Positions 37,123 to 47,256 of a stretch of 64,000 nucleotides of DNA are shown in pieces. The position numbers and the translations under genes are program-made. The DNA is taken from IMG/VR virus record IMGVR_UViG_3300045012_000235, positions 32,001 through 96,000 of that record; one strand, given 5' to 3'. Positions within the stretch are counted from its first letter, which is position 1, and each line of letters starts with the position of its first letter. The notes beneath the pieces were generated by a model. That model made no database searches, was not told where the DNA came from, and saw only the letters and a program-made list of their open reading frames with translations. The stretch comes from a virus.

Positions 37123-38829
37123 TCACTCGATTCCTTGTTCGCGCAGCCAATCGCCGAAGGGCGATTCACCCTCTTCTTGCTGTATCGTTGGGTCGTCTTC
37201 CCTCACCATCTGTTCCTCGAACACGACAGCCTCTTCGGTCGCCGTTTTCTTCTCCGCCTGCTCCTTCTTCTCCTTGCGGGTTAGGTTTCGTTCGTACGCC
37301 GCTTGCCAGTCCGAGTCGCTGGCGAACGACGCCTTGATGGCCTCACTCCATGCCCAGGGAGGCCAGGCGCCGTAGTGGTCCTTGTACTTGGCTGACGCGA
37401 AGCCTGGTTTGTAGCCCTTCCTGCGGGCGACCTGCACCATGTCGTCGAAGAACGATCGCCGCATCACCTCGGGTGTGGAGTTGCGTCGCACGAGCTGCTC
37501 GTGGGTCTCCTCGGGCGTCTTCGGTTGATCTTCCGGTCGGAACTCGTAGCCGCAGTAGGGGCAGAGTACACGACCAATCGGAACGTACGCGTAGCAACGC
37601 TTGCAGAGTTTGATTGGCTCCCGGTGCGCCATCCGGAACGCGCGATCTTTCAGCGACCAGTGCAAGTCCTCGTGCGGGAATCCATGCCGGGCGATGTTGT
37701 TGGCATGGTCAATGAGAAGCGGCGAAACGCTCGGGTGCTTTACGCAACCGCGCGGACAGCCTGGGTGCCAAGGTCGCAGGATTCGACCCACGGACTGGCG
37801 GTAGAGAACAAGCGACTGGGTCGGGCGGGCATGCACGACACACTTGGCGCTCGGAACGTCAATCCCTTCGAGCAGGACGTTGACGTTGGACACCGCCTCG
37901 AGCTCTCCGTCTCCGAGCGCCTTGACGATTCGTCGTCGTTCAGTCTCGGGCGTTGTACCGTCCAGGTGCGCGATTCGAACGCCTGAAGTCTGAAACCTCA
38001 GGCAGATGTCGAGAGAGTGCGCAATGCTGCTGGCGAAGATGAACGTTCGTCGGCGCGGCCCCTCGACGAAGCCAATGCCGCCGTCCGGCCTCGGATACAG
38101 GTGAGCGAGCTTCAGCCAGTGATCGAGCAGGTTACCAACGAGCGTTTGCTTGCGCATGATTTCGCTAAGCGCACCCTCGTCGTAGTCGCCCCCAATGATG
38201 CGGACGTTCGAGAGATCCGGCTGCTCGGGCGCCGTGTAGCAGTCGGGGGCTACAATGAAGTTGTCGTGGATGAGTTCTTCGTAGGTGCAGACGACCTCCA
38301 AACTCTCGAAGAGGCTGCCGAGTGGTCGGCCGTCGTAGCGGGTGGGAGTCGCGGTGAAGCCGAGGATGATCGATTGCCGGTACTCGTCGGCGTCGAAAAT
38401 GTTGTCGATCATCGAATCGCTGACCGCGCGATGCGCCTCGTCGATGAGCACGATGCCCGCCGGCGGCTTCTTTCGACGAGCGAGCGTTTGAATGGAGGCA
38501 ACCTGCACCGAGCAAGACGCGTCGGTGCGCTCGTCGTCGCCACGAATGACGCCGACGTTTGTGATCCCGAGCAGCGCGAGCTGGTCCACGCACTGATCGA
38601 TCAACTCCATCCGGTGTGCGACGAAAAGTACCGGAACGGTCGACGTGCGAATGATGCTCGCGATAAGGACCATCTTGCCGGCTGCCGTGGGGGCTACGAG
38701 CAAGATCTTTCGCTTGCCGTCGCGGATGCGGTCACGAAGCGTCTGGAGCGCGCGCGCCTGGTAGGGACGCAACTCGGGCGGCTTGACGTCGATGAGTGTG
38801 GGGCGGTCGAAGAGGGGAAGGGTGTTCAC
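37123..38829 (-). CDS. SF2 DEAH helicase with C-terminal Zn finger
   Basis: LRPYQ, APTAAGKM, IDEAH, FTATP.R, LLEGIDVP, QSVGRILR, CKRC..CPYC. Confidence 0.9.
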   Translation of the reverse strand: MNTLPLFDRPTLIDVKPPELRPYQARALQTLRDRIRDGKRKILLVAPTAAGKMVLIASIIRTSTVPVLFVAHRMELIDQCVDQLALLGITNVGVIRGDDERTDASCSVQVASIQTLARRKKPPAGIVLIDEAHRAVSDSMIDNIFDADEYRQSIILGFTATPTRYDGRPLGSLFESLEVVCTYEELIHDNFIVAPDCYTAPEQPDLSNVRIIGGDYDEGALSEIMRKQTLVGNLLDHWLKLAHLYPRPDGGIGFVEGPRRRTFIFASSIAHSLDICLRFQTSGVRIAHLDGTTPETERRRIVKALGDGELEAVSNVNVLLEGIDVPSAKCVVHARPTQSLVLYRQSVGRILRPWHPGCPRGCVKHPSVSPLLIDHANNIARHGFPHEDLHWSLKDRAFRMAHREPIKLCKRCYAYVPIGRVLCPYCGYEFRPEDQPKTPEETHEQLVRRNSTPEVMRRSFFDDMVQVARRKGYKPGFASAKYKDHYGAWPPWAWSEAIKASFASDSDWQAAYERNLTRKEKKEQAEKKTATEEAVVFEEQMVREDDPTIQQEEGESPFGDWLREQGIE

Positions 38830-38986
38830 GATTCTTTTTCCACATCCAAAGGACCACCAGGAATGACACCACCAGGACCGTAGAGCTTACGGAGGCACTG
38901 AGGATTGACGCATTCGCCGCGCGCACATGCGGCAGAACAGGCGGTGCGCCGTGCTTGTCCACGTCGTCTGCGGAGGCGCTTTTTCT

Positions 38987-39241
38987 TCACGTGAAGAGTC
39001 CTCGCTGCCCCTTCGGCCAGAGCAGCTTGCAGACCTTGTCGAGCACACGCTGGCAAGTCTCTGGCTTGCTGCGGAGTTGACGAACACGCGCGAGCGTGTC
39101 GGGAAGTTCGTCGAGCTTACGAGCCACCTCTCCCCAAGAGAGTGATCCCTTGCCACCGCAGAGGTGGCAGCGGTCGGCCAGAACCAAAGGAGCGCGCGGA
39201 TTCGCAAGCCAACCGCGACCCAGGCAGATTTCGCAGACCAT
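38987..39241 (-). CDS. CxxCxGxG zinc finger plus HTH-like protein
   Basis: CEICLGRG...CHLCGGKG, then SWGEVARKL. Confidence 0.55.
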   Translation of the reverse strand: MVCEICLGRGWLANPRAPLVLADRCHLCGGKGSLSWGEVARKLDELPDTLARVRQLRSKPETCQRVLDKVCKLLWPKGQRGLFT

Positions 39242-39399
39242 CAGCGTTTACCGAGGCCGCGCTCCAGGAGGAGCCGAATCACATCGCTGATGCTCGGTTC
39301 GATGCCGGTCAGCTTCTTGGCCTCTTTCTGCCGTTGGACGATGCGCTCGTAGAGCGGTTTGCTCACGCGCGCAGCGATCTGGATGTCGTGACCGTTCAT
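39241..39399 (-). CDS. ribbon-helix-helix regulator (not in the ORF track)
   Basis: Manual translation MNGHDIQIAARVSKPLYERIVQRQKEAKKLTGIEPSISDVIRLLLERGLGKR. Confidence 0.7.
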   Translation of the reverse strand: MNGHDIQIAARVSKPLYERIVQRQKEAKKLTGIEPSISDVIRLLLERGLGKR

Positions 39400-39429
39400 C
39401 CACATCGTTTTAGCAGGACGGTTTCACCA

Positions 39430-39458
39430 TTGACAACGAAAACACGAGGCCGTAGGGT
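39430..39458 (+). promoter_or_regulatory. sigma70-type promoter of the recombination operon
   Basis: TTGACA-N17-TAGGGT; AGGAGG RBS before 39496. Confidence 0.7.
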
Positions 39459-39495
39459 CCGCGATAGAGAGAGTTAGAGAGGTAGGAGGTGCAGG

Positions 39496-40197
39496 ATGAC
39501 GGTGAGCGAAATCGCTCGAACCGAGATTCGGCAGATTGCCATTCTCGACACAGAAACCACATCGTTGGAGCCACCCCCGGTCGGCAAGATCATCGAGGTG
39601 GCGGTCATGCTCTACGATGTGAAGTTCGCGCAGCCTGTCGCTAGCTTCGCTAGCCTGATTCAGGCCGACTCGAACGAGGCGGAGCCCATCAACGGCATCC
39701 CGGCGGGAATGCTCGGTGCTGCGCGCACGGCAGACTTCGTGTGGCGCGCGGTCCAGTGGCTCATCGAGCCGGCGACCGTCATCATCGCGCATCGCGCTGA
39801 GTTCGATCGGCAGTTTTGTCCAGACCTCGGGAAGCCTTGGATCTGTTCCAAAACCGATATTCGTTGGGGTGATCGGGTACGTGGCGACCATCTTGTTCAG
39901 CTCGCGCTAGGGCTTGGACTCGGGGTCGCGAGCGCACACCGCGCGATGGCCGACGTCGACACGCTCGCGCGTATCCTGACGCGCGTCGCCGAGAAGGGTG
40001 GCGATCTTGAAGCGATGATCGTGCGCGCGATGCGACCAAAGAAGCTCTTCTACGCGCAGGTTTCGTACGAGAGACGACAGATTGCTAAGGATCACGGGTT
40101 TCTTTGGGATGAGGCCAAGCACGGCAAGAACTGGTACCGGTACATGCCGCCCGAGGACACGGGGGAGTTGCCGTTTCCGGTGAGGTTGGTGTCGTGA
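39496..40197 (+). CDS. DEDDh 3'-5' exonuclease (DnaQ-like)
   Basis: LDTETT, AHRAEFD, AHRAMAD; extra C-terminal VSYE..AK..GF.WD domain. Confidence 0.9.
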   Translation: MTVSEIARTEIRQIAILDTETTSLEPPPVGKIIEVAVMLYDVKFAQPVASFASLIQADSNEAEPINGIPAGMLGAARTADFVWRAVQWLIEPATVIIAHRAEFDRQFCPDLGKPWICSKTDIRWGDRVRGDHLVQLALGLGLGVASAHRAMADVDTLARILTRVAEKGGDLEAMIVRAMRPKKLFYAQVSYERRQIAKDHGFLWDEAKHGKNWYRYMPPEDTGELPFPVRLVS

Positions 40198-40568
40198 GCA
40201 ACGACCCTGACTTGATGAGACACGGCGGTAATCCAGAATCGATTGAGGCTCACGAATCAATCAAGGATTACAAGCAAAGGGTCAGGCTAGCCATCTATGC
40301 CGTCGCCAGAAGACGGGGGAGTACTGGAATCACTGCGGATGAAGTATCGGCTGAATGGGGATCGAGTCACAATCATGTAGCTCCAAGGATGACGGAGCTG
40401 AAAGCAGCCGGGTTGTTGGTTCCGACTCAAATTCGCAGGAAAACAAGAGCTGGTCGCTGGGCTCGTGTGTTGGTTATCAAGGGCGTGGAGACTTCGGAAG
40501 CCGGTCAGCCGGAGGACGATGGTGATGTACAGCGACTCGTCGCAGAGCATGTGAGTAACCATCGATGA
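40194..40568 (+). CDS. winged-helix DNA-binding protein
   Basis: GITADEV........PRMTELK..GLL....RKTR.GR.A.V; visibly lower GC than neighbours. Confidence 0.65.
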   Translation: MSNDPDLMRHGGNPESIEAHESIKDYKQRVRLAIYAVARRRGSTGITADEVSAEWGSSHNHVAPRMTELKAAGLLVPTQIRRKTRAGRWARVLVIKGVETSEAGQPEDDGDVQRLVAEHVSNHR

Positions 40569-41611
40569 AGGTCTTCGTCTGGGAAACCAAGACAACGAGC
40601 GAAGACATTGGTCCCGGCTCCACCTTCTGGAAGCGAACCACGCTCGATCCGCAGCTCTCGCTCTACATCCCTGCGATTCGAGCGATGGGGTACGACCCCC
40701 ACGGCTGCATTTACGATGCGCTCCGTAAGCCGGCGCAGTCTCCCGGGACCGTTCCGGTGCTCGACGACGACAGGCTCAAGATTGTGGTCGACGCAGCCGG
40801 TCAGCGTGTGCGTACCAAGGACGGCAAGAAATGGCGACAGACCGGCGACACCGAGGCCGGCTACGTACTTCAAACGCGACCCGAAACTCCAGAGGAGTAC
40901 GGCCAGCGCTGCCTAGAAGCCATCGCCGAGAACCCGGACAGGTACTACGCGCGGGGAGTGGTCGTGCGGCTGGAGGCCGACGAGCGAGAGGCGGCGGCCG
41001 ACAACTGGAACACGGCGGGGCAGATGCGGGAAGCGAAGCGACTCAACATCTACCCCAGGAATCCGGATTCGTGTATCTCGTGGTCGCGCGAGTGCGACTA
41101 CTTGAACGTGTGCGCCGGCATGGCGGCGATCGATGATCCTGTACTGTTCCAACACGAGGCGGCGCACGTCGAGCTGGATAACCTGTCGGACGACCTGAGT
41201 CTGCTCACGCAGTCCTCGATGCGGTCGTACCGATCCTGTCCGCGCAAGTTCTACTACCGGTACGTGCTGCGTCAGCGGCCGCTCAAGAAGGCCGAGACAC
41301 TGTCGACCGGCACAAGCATTCACAAAGCGCTCGACGTGTTCCGTCAAACAGGGGGCGATCTCGAGGCCGCCAAGAAAGCGCTCGTGACCGAGGATCTGTT
41401 CGTGCGCGCCAAGGAAGTAGCAATACTGACCGGCTACGCCGCGCGATGGAGCAAACCCACCGGGGTCGTCGCGATCGAGCATCAGTTCGATATCCCGCTC
41501 ATCAACCCCGAGACGGGGGCCGCCAGCCGAACATACAAGCTAGGCGGTAAGGTGGACGCGATCGTGGCCGCAGAGTCGGCTCAGGAACTGTTGAACCCAG
41601 CGACAGGATGA
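40565..41611 (+). CDS. Cas4/AddB-like PD-(D/E)XK nuclease, circularly permuted
   Basis: E7-x-K9 and Q30xxxY34 at the N-terminus; Cys170/177/183 mid-protein; canonical N-terminal S..RSCPRKFYY (Cys225), GTSIH, E305 and GKVD331 in the C-terminal third. Confidence 0.85.
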   Translation: MKVFVWETKTTSEDIGPGSTFWKRTTLDPQLSLYIPAIRAMGYDPHGCIYDALRKPAQSPGTVPVLDDDRLKIVVDAAGQRVRTKDGKKWRQTGDTEAGYVLQTRPETPEEYGQRCLEAIAENPDRYYARGVVVRLEADEREAAADNWNTAGQMREAKRLNIYPRNPDSCISWSRECDYLNVCAGMAAIDDPVLFQHEAAHVELDNLSDDLSLLTQSSMRSYRSCPRKFYYRYVLRQRPLKKAETLSTGTSIHKALDVFRQTGGDLEAAKKALVTEDLFVRAKEVAILTGYAARWSKPTGVVAIEHQFDIPLINPETGAASRTYKLGGKVDAIVAAESAQELLNPATG

Positions 41612-42537
41612 AAACAATGACCATTGATCTGAAACGAATCACCGAAGGCAAGGTTGCGCGCGAGCCGCGTGTTCTCATCTACTCGGCGGACGGCGTAGGC
41701 AAGACCCGGTTCGCTGCCGGCGCTCCAGACCCGTTCTTCATCGACGTCAACCGTGGCAGCCTCCAGTACGACGTGAAGCGGGTCATTCCGGAGACCTGGA
41801 GCGAAGTGATCGAATGGGTGGGTGCCGTAGAGCAGGGTCTCGTCAAATGCAAGACGCTGGTTATCGACTCCATCACCGATCTCGAGTACATGGGAAACGC
41901 TGAGTTCTTCCCCAACACGACCATCGACAAATGGGACGGGGGTTACGGGCGCGGAGAGGGTTACGCGCTCACGCGTTGGCGAGAGCTGCTCGCAGCGCTG
42001 GAGCGCACATGGGCCGCAGGCAAAGCGATCGTTCTTGTCGGGCACATGACCGTGAAACGGTTCGAGGACCCGACGGGCCCAGGGTTCGAGCGCTACGAAG
42101 TTGCCGCCAAACAGAAGCTCGCCGGATCGCTCAGGCAGTGGGTGGACTATGTGCTCTTCGCCAACATCGAGACGGTGCAGCAGAAGGTCGCCGGGGGAGA
42201 CGTCAAGATGGTCACCAACGGCGTGCGCTGGCTGCACACGCAACGCTCTCCCGCGTTCGACGCCAAGAGTCGAGGGACAACGCTCTTTCCCGAGAGGGTG
42301 CTCCTCTCGTGGGAGGAGTTCGCCAAGGCGAGGGCTGCCGATACAGCCAGACTCGCGGAGCTGCAGACCGAGATCGACGCCATGCTCAAGGAGATCGGTG
42401 ACGACAAGCTTGTGGCCGGCGTCAAGGAGTACATGCGTTCGTACCCCAACATGATCGTCGAGGCCCGCAACCGGGTGTCGGCGAGGCTTGAAGAGTTCCG
42501 GGCGACGGCGAAGCCGCCCGTGCAGAAGAGTGCGTAA
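41608..42537 (+). CDS. AAA_24 / Sak4-like ssDNA-annealing ATPase
   Basis: LIYSADGVGKT, LVIDSI, GYGRG, VLVGH, AKSR. Confidence 0.85.
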   Translation: MKTMTIDLKRITEGKVAREPRVLIYSADGVGKTRFAAGAPDPFFIDVNRGSLQYDVKRVIPETWSEVIEWVGAVEQGLVKCKTLVIDSITDLEYMGNAEFFPNTTIDKWDGGYGRGEGYALTRWRELLAALERTWAAGKAIVLVGHMTVKRFEDPTGPGFERYEVAAKQKLAGSLRQWVDYVLFANIETVQQKVAGGDVKMVTNGVRWLHTQRSPAFDAKSRGTTLFPERVLLSWEEFAKARAADTARLAELQTEIDAMLKEIGDDKLVAGVKEYMRSYPNMIVEARNRVSARLEEFRATAKPPVQKSA

Positions 42538-42561
42538 AAAAGGAAAAAGGAGAAAGAGAAG

Positions 42562-43041
42562 ATGGTTACCCCCGGAAATTACAAGGCACGCGGCATCAAG
42601 AGCAGCGTGCAGCTCGGCGAGACCGAGCGCGGCAACCTCCAGATCGGAATCGATCTGGACATCAAGAACGGATCGGAGTCGCTCGGGCAGATGACGACGT
42701 TCCTCTACTTCACGCCCGAGGCGGCACCCTACAGCTACGAGCGGCTGCGCGCGCTCGGTTGGAAGGGTCAGGGGCCCGACGACATCGACAACATGGACGG
42801 TATCGACGCCAACGAGGTCGATGTTCGTGTCACGGTGCCAGAGCAGTACAAGGACTCGAGCGGTGCGATCAAGATGGGTCAGAGCAAGGTCGAGATTCAG
42901 ACCGGTGGGGTAGGGAAGGTCACCCTCGCCAAGACGGTTGATGGGGCCACCTTCAAGGCGCGACTCAAGGCGATTGGTGGTGCTAGCGGCGGTGGTGCTC
43001 CGGCGGGTGGTGGTGGTTCTGGGCCGAAGCCGCCCTTCTGA
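42562..43041 (+). CDS. phage single-stranded DNA-binding protein (DUF669-like)
   Basis: PGNYKA start, beta-rich core, Gly-rich tail ending PPF; follows the Sak4-like gene. Confidence 0.65.
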   Translation: MVTPGNYKARGIKSSVQLGETERGNLQIGIDLDIKNGSESLGQMTTFLYFTPEAAPYSYERLRALGWKGQGPDDIDNMDGIDANEVDVRVTVPEQYKDSSGAIKMGQSKVEIQTGGVGKVTLAKTVDGATFKARLKAIGGASGGGAPAGGGGSGPKPPF

Positions 43042-44381
43042 TGAAGATCGATCTGTCGTCCGACCAGCGCGAGGTCTACACCGCGATCTCGCGCTGGTCG
43101 CTGGGCAAGAGCGGGGGCGGCGTACTTGGGTCGACGCTGACGTGTGGGGGCCTCGCGGGATCTGGCAAGAGCACGCTCATTGGCGTGTTCGCCGCAGAGA
43201 CGAAATTGCTCGTCGCGTACGTCTGCTTTACCGGTCGCGCCGCTTCAAACTTGCGTCGCAAGCTCGAGGCGGCTGACGTTGAGACGACGCGCAAGATGCT
43301 GACCGACGACGAGCGGTCATTGACGGGTCGCTGGGCCCATCTCTTCTACGGTCGGCACGATCCAGAGGAGACGATGCCGTTCTGCGACACGATTCATCGC
43401 CTGCTTTATCGGCCCATCATCGACAGTCGGACCGAGGAGCTTCGTGGCTGGGAACGACGTAGCCAGCTTGATCGCTCGTACGACCTCATCGTGGTGGACG
43501 AGGCGTCCATGATTAGCGACACGGTCCTCGAAGATCTTCGCGCGCACGGCGTGCGGGTTCTTGCGGTCGGCGACCACGGTCAGCTTCCGCCCGTTCGGGG
43601 CAGTAGTTCGCTGATGGTCGCCCCCGATCTGCGGCTCGAGAAGATTCATCGGCAGGCCGAGTCGAGTCCCATCATCCGGATGGCGCATGCGCTGCGCACA
43701 ACGGGTCGGTTCGATCCGGCGCTTGCCGATGGTAACGCGGTGCAGGTGCTGTCGAAGTACGAGTACACGAGGGTGCTGAAAGAGTCGGTGGCTACGGCCT
43801 CGAGCGAGGAGTCGTTGAACGCGCACGGACCGACTGCGCCACTCGACGTCGCGGTCGTCTGTTGGAAGCACGTCACCCGCGTCTCGATCAACCGCACCGT
43901 CCGCGAGATGCTTGGCCACCAGGGCAAGCTGCCGCAGGTAGGGGAGCCGGTCATGGCGCTCCGAAACTACCCGCCGGTCTACAACGGGATGCGAGGCTTG
44001 CTTCAGCGAGACGCGGAACAGTTCTCGGACTCCTGGTGGTTGCTCAACGTGGACATCGACTTCCCAGACGAAGGGGTCAACGTCGAGAATCGAAACGTCT
44101 GCCGCGATCAATTTCATCGGCTGCCGCGCCGGCGCGGTGAGCAGTCGACGTTCGGTTCGGTCGACGAGTTGAAGGAGGCTGGCATCAAGGTTGATTCGAT
44201 GGGTGAGGCGGGCCACCTCTACGACTTCGGCTATGCGATGACCGTCCACAAGTCGCAGGGATCGCAATTCGAGCACGTCGTCGTGTGCGTGGATTGGAAC
44301 GAGGGCGATACCGACGACGCGCGGCGGCTTGCGTACACGGCGGTCACGCGCGCCAGCGGTCGGTTGACGGTGCTGCGTTGA
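43041..44381 (+). CDS. RecD/Dda-like SF1B helicase
   Basis: GLAGSGKS, FTGRAA, TIHRLLY, VDEASM, VGDHGQLPPV, IHRQ, YAMTVHKSQGSQF, YTAVTRA. Confidence 0.93.
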   Translation: MKIDLSSDQREVYTAISRWSLGKSGGGVLGSTLTCGGLAGSGKSTLIGVFAAETKLLVAYVCFTGRAASNLRRKLEAADVETTRKMLTDDERSLTGRWAHLFYGRHDPEETMPFCDTIHRLLYRPIIDSRTEELRGWERRSQLDRSYDLIVVDEASMISDTVLEDLRAHGVRVLAVGDHGQLPPVRGSSSLMVAPDLRLEKIHRQAESSPIIRMAHALRTTGRFDPALADGNAVQVLSKYEYTRVLKESVATASSEESLNAHGPTAPLDVAVVCWKHVTRVSINRTVREMLGHQGKLPQVGEPVMALRNYPPVYNGMRGLLQRDAEQFSDSWWLLNVDIDFPDEGVNVENRNVCRDQFHRLPRRRGEQSTFGSVDELKEAGIKVDSMGEAGHLYDFGYAMTVHKSQGSQFEHVVVCVDWNEGDTDDARRLAYTAVTRASGRLTVLR

Positions 44382-44640
44382 CGTTCGTTCTCCGGCTGGG
44401 CAGTTACTGGCTGCAGGGAGAGAATGGGTGGGGCGAACGAGGCTGCGCTCGCGAGTTCACGGCCTCTGAGCTCAAACGGTTCCTGCAGGCGTTCAATCGG
44501 ATTGCCGAGCCGCCCCCGGCAAGGCCGGACAGTGTCGTGATCGAGGAGACAGATGGCCTGCAACGCGAAACATAAAGGCCGGCTCCTGCAGCGGGTGGAG
44601 AAGTCGGCTCTGCGAGGCAAGCCGCTGACGGTGAAGCCTG

Positions 44641-44994
44641 TCAGGGAGTAGACGTGCAGAACACATCGTCAGCCGCACACCCGCAAGCGCATGCCAACGG
44701 GTCTCCGTCGGGCGATGGTCCACACGGCTTGACGTGCGGGAAATCCTTACGGCAAGGTACGTCGCGGCCGGGCGTGGTCATCTCATTTTGAGCCGACACG
44801 AACCGATAGACAGGCGGCACGTAGTAGTCGTCTTCCCAGGCACCGCCGCCCTGCATGTGGCCTTCGCGTACCAACTCATAGCGACCTTCACCACGAGCCT
44901 CCCTCGGGTGCGTTAGGTCGCCATCATCCGTCTGGACGTGAGTGCTTCGAGGCTCGTGGCATATTCCGCACACCGGATTACGATCTTCGTTCAC
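44641..44994 (-). CDS. Cys/His-rich hypothetical protein
   Basis: CGICHEP..H start; convergent with the helicase gene. Confidence 0.5.
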   Translation of the reverse strand: MNEDRNPVCGICHEPRSTHVQTDDGDLTHPREARGEGRYELVREGHMQGGGAWEDDYYVPPVYRFVSAQNEMTTPGRDVPCRKDFPHVKPCGPSPDGDPLACACGCAADDVFCTSTP

Positions 44995-46512
44995 CCTGTC
45001 CTCCTCAGCGCGTACATTACGCGCCTAAGATACTCTTTCGTATCCACTCTGTCTCACGTGTCCACCGTCCGCCGGACGCGTCATACACGGCCTCGCGACG
45101 TCGAAACTGGTCGCCATAGACCTGTCCCACGAGACCCTCGCCCTGCTCCCCACCGATGACTCTGCGGATGACGTCTGTCACCGTGCGTACGGTCGGGACA
45201 GGAGAGAGGAGCTGCGCCAGTAGTTCAGGTCTCATGCGGTCTCCGGTTCATTGCGCGCAGGATTATCTCGGGGAGGCGGTCGCCTTCTCCGCACCTTTCG
45301 GCATGCTCCAAGGTCCGCGCAGTGTGCCTCGAGCTGCCATCATCAGACCTTCGAATAGCTGTTCGTCACTTGGCCAGCCGGCAGGCATCGGAGTCATCTC
45401 CCAAGCCCAATGATTGGAAGCCTGGACCCCGCACGACTTGCTAATCAGGTGGATGACCATGCGAGTGGCGATGCGCCTCTGGTCGAGCGTGAGGCCGTTG
45501 GCCTCATCTGGCTTCTTTTTCACCGCTTCGTCCTCCTTCGCGCGCAGGATGGCGCGACGGTTGCTGACTACCTATCATTCCATCCGACGCCTAGCGCGCC
45601 ATCCGACCCCACAACGACCCTACGACCGTTCGCGAAGATGACCTCGTGTGGAGCTTCCGCCGTATCGGCTACGTAGTTGCCCGACTGCGCCTTGGCTGCG
45701 GCCCAAGACATCTCCATCATGTCTTTCAGCTTGTCGACCAACGCTACCCCAGGATCGGTGTCCATGTAACGGCCACGGCGAATCCACCACTCATCGAAGT
45801 CCATCACCTTCGCCTCCTGGCCGCGCGCTTCCCTAGCCATCGCCTTGTATTGCTCGGTCGTGAAAGGACCGAAGCTGCTCGCATCATCCGTCCCGCTGCC
45901 CATCTCGTCCTCCTTCGCGCGCATCACGTCGTCTTCCGAGTGGGACCGGTGCGGACCTGAAACCCGCCAATCCGTACGACCCATCCCCACTGCGCAAGCT
46001 CTGCAATCGCTGCCTCTCTCGTGGACCATCGTGCGGCGCTGGATGGACGAGTGTTCCCATCAACAGGTCGCAAGATAGGAGCGCCCTTGCCGATAGGATG
46101 CGCCACCCACTCGTTCACTTGCTGTTGCAGTGTGCATTCGGGATAGTCCATCCTCGCCTCCTGTTGCTCCACGCGCAGGATGGCGCGCCGATCTTGTTTA
46201 CCGTTCAGCACGGCGGCCTACGGTGCGGCGAGCCCCACTTGGGTCTCCGGTAGAAGCCGCCATATCCGTCAGGCACCGACTCGGGATGCTCGCCTCGCAT
46301 GATGGCTCTCGTCTCGTCGGTGTGCGAAGCCTCCGACCACCCGCATGTCGAGCAGACGTTGCCGTACTTCGGATCGGGGACACACACGAGGTAGCGGTTA
46401 CCGCTGTCAGCAAAGGTCTCGCAAGGGCACTTCATCTTCACGTCTCCTTCGTCTTCAGTTGCTTTGCGCGCATTAGATTGAATCCGTTGGCGGTTCAAAA
46501 CGCCTTGCACGT

Positions 46513-47256
46513 TCAACGCTCATACAATTTCGCGAACATCTCCCGGTAGAACTCCCGGAACGGTGACTCGGCCAAAAACTCCTCGCGCGTCATCCACCTC
46601 ACCGGGCAGCCTGCCTCGGTTTCGCGCGGCTCCCCGGAGGTCACGACGCTGAAGACGGTGACGTGTCGGCCGCGGTCAGCCGCACTCATTGCGGTGGGGG
46701 CGCTGTAGATGACCGACGCACCGATCGTGGTGAGGCCCGTCTCTTCTTCAAGCTCACGCGCTTGCGCTGCAAAGATCGTCTCCCCGTCCTCGACTTTGCC
46801 GCCGGGCATGGACCATCCGTTGTAGCGGCGGTTCCAGACGGCGAGCAGGCGACCGTCGGATCGTTCGACGTAAGACACAGCGGCGCGGGCGGTGCCGACT
46901 TCGTCCGGCTCCAGCAGCTTCATGTCGTCGGCGACCGACTGCAGCGTTTCGAGGGCGGCCACATTCCCCGCCGCAACCTTCTCCACCCACTGCGCGCGTG
47001 AATCGAAGAGTTGGTTGGCTGCTCGCCGGATGACGCGCAAGAGTTTGTCGCGCTCCTTCCGGAGGTAGTCCTCGTTCGAGGCATGCTGCGCGGCCGCGAT
47101 GATCCAGGCGCGAGCGAACCACTTGCCTTCCTCGATCGAGGTGATGTGCTGTCCGGCCACGATTTCGGACGCCATCGCTTCACGGTCGGTGCCAATCCGA
47201 CGTTGCTCGGCGGAGAGTCGCTCGACGAGTTGATCCACGTCCTCGTTCGTGTTCAT
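46513..47256 (-). CDS. Nudix hydrolase with N-terminal helical extension
   Basis: Nudix box GGKVEDGETIFAAQARELEEETGL. Confidence 0.9.
   Translation of the reverse strand: MNTNEDVDQLVERLSAEQRRIGTDREAMASEIVAGQHITSIEEGKWFARAWIIAAAQHASNEDYLRKERDKLLRVIRRAANQLFDSRAQWVEKVAAGNVAALETLQSVADDMKLLEPDEVGTARAAVSYVERSDGRLLAVWNRRYNGWSMPGGKVEDGETIFAAQARELEEETGLTTIGASVIYSAPTAMSAADRGRHVTVFSVVTSGEPRETEAGCPVRWMTREEFLAESPFREFYREMFAKLYER

Noticed and set aside
40565-41611. Cas4-like gene as evidence of a CRISPR-Cas system
   Set aside because: No cas1/cas2 or repeat-spacer array seen; the context is a Sak4/SSB recombination module.
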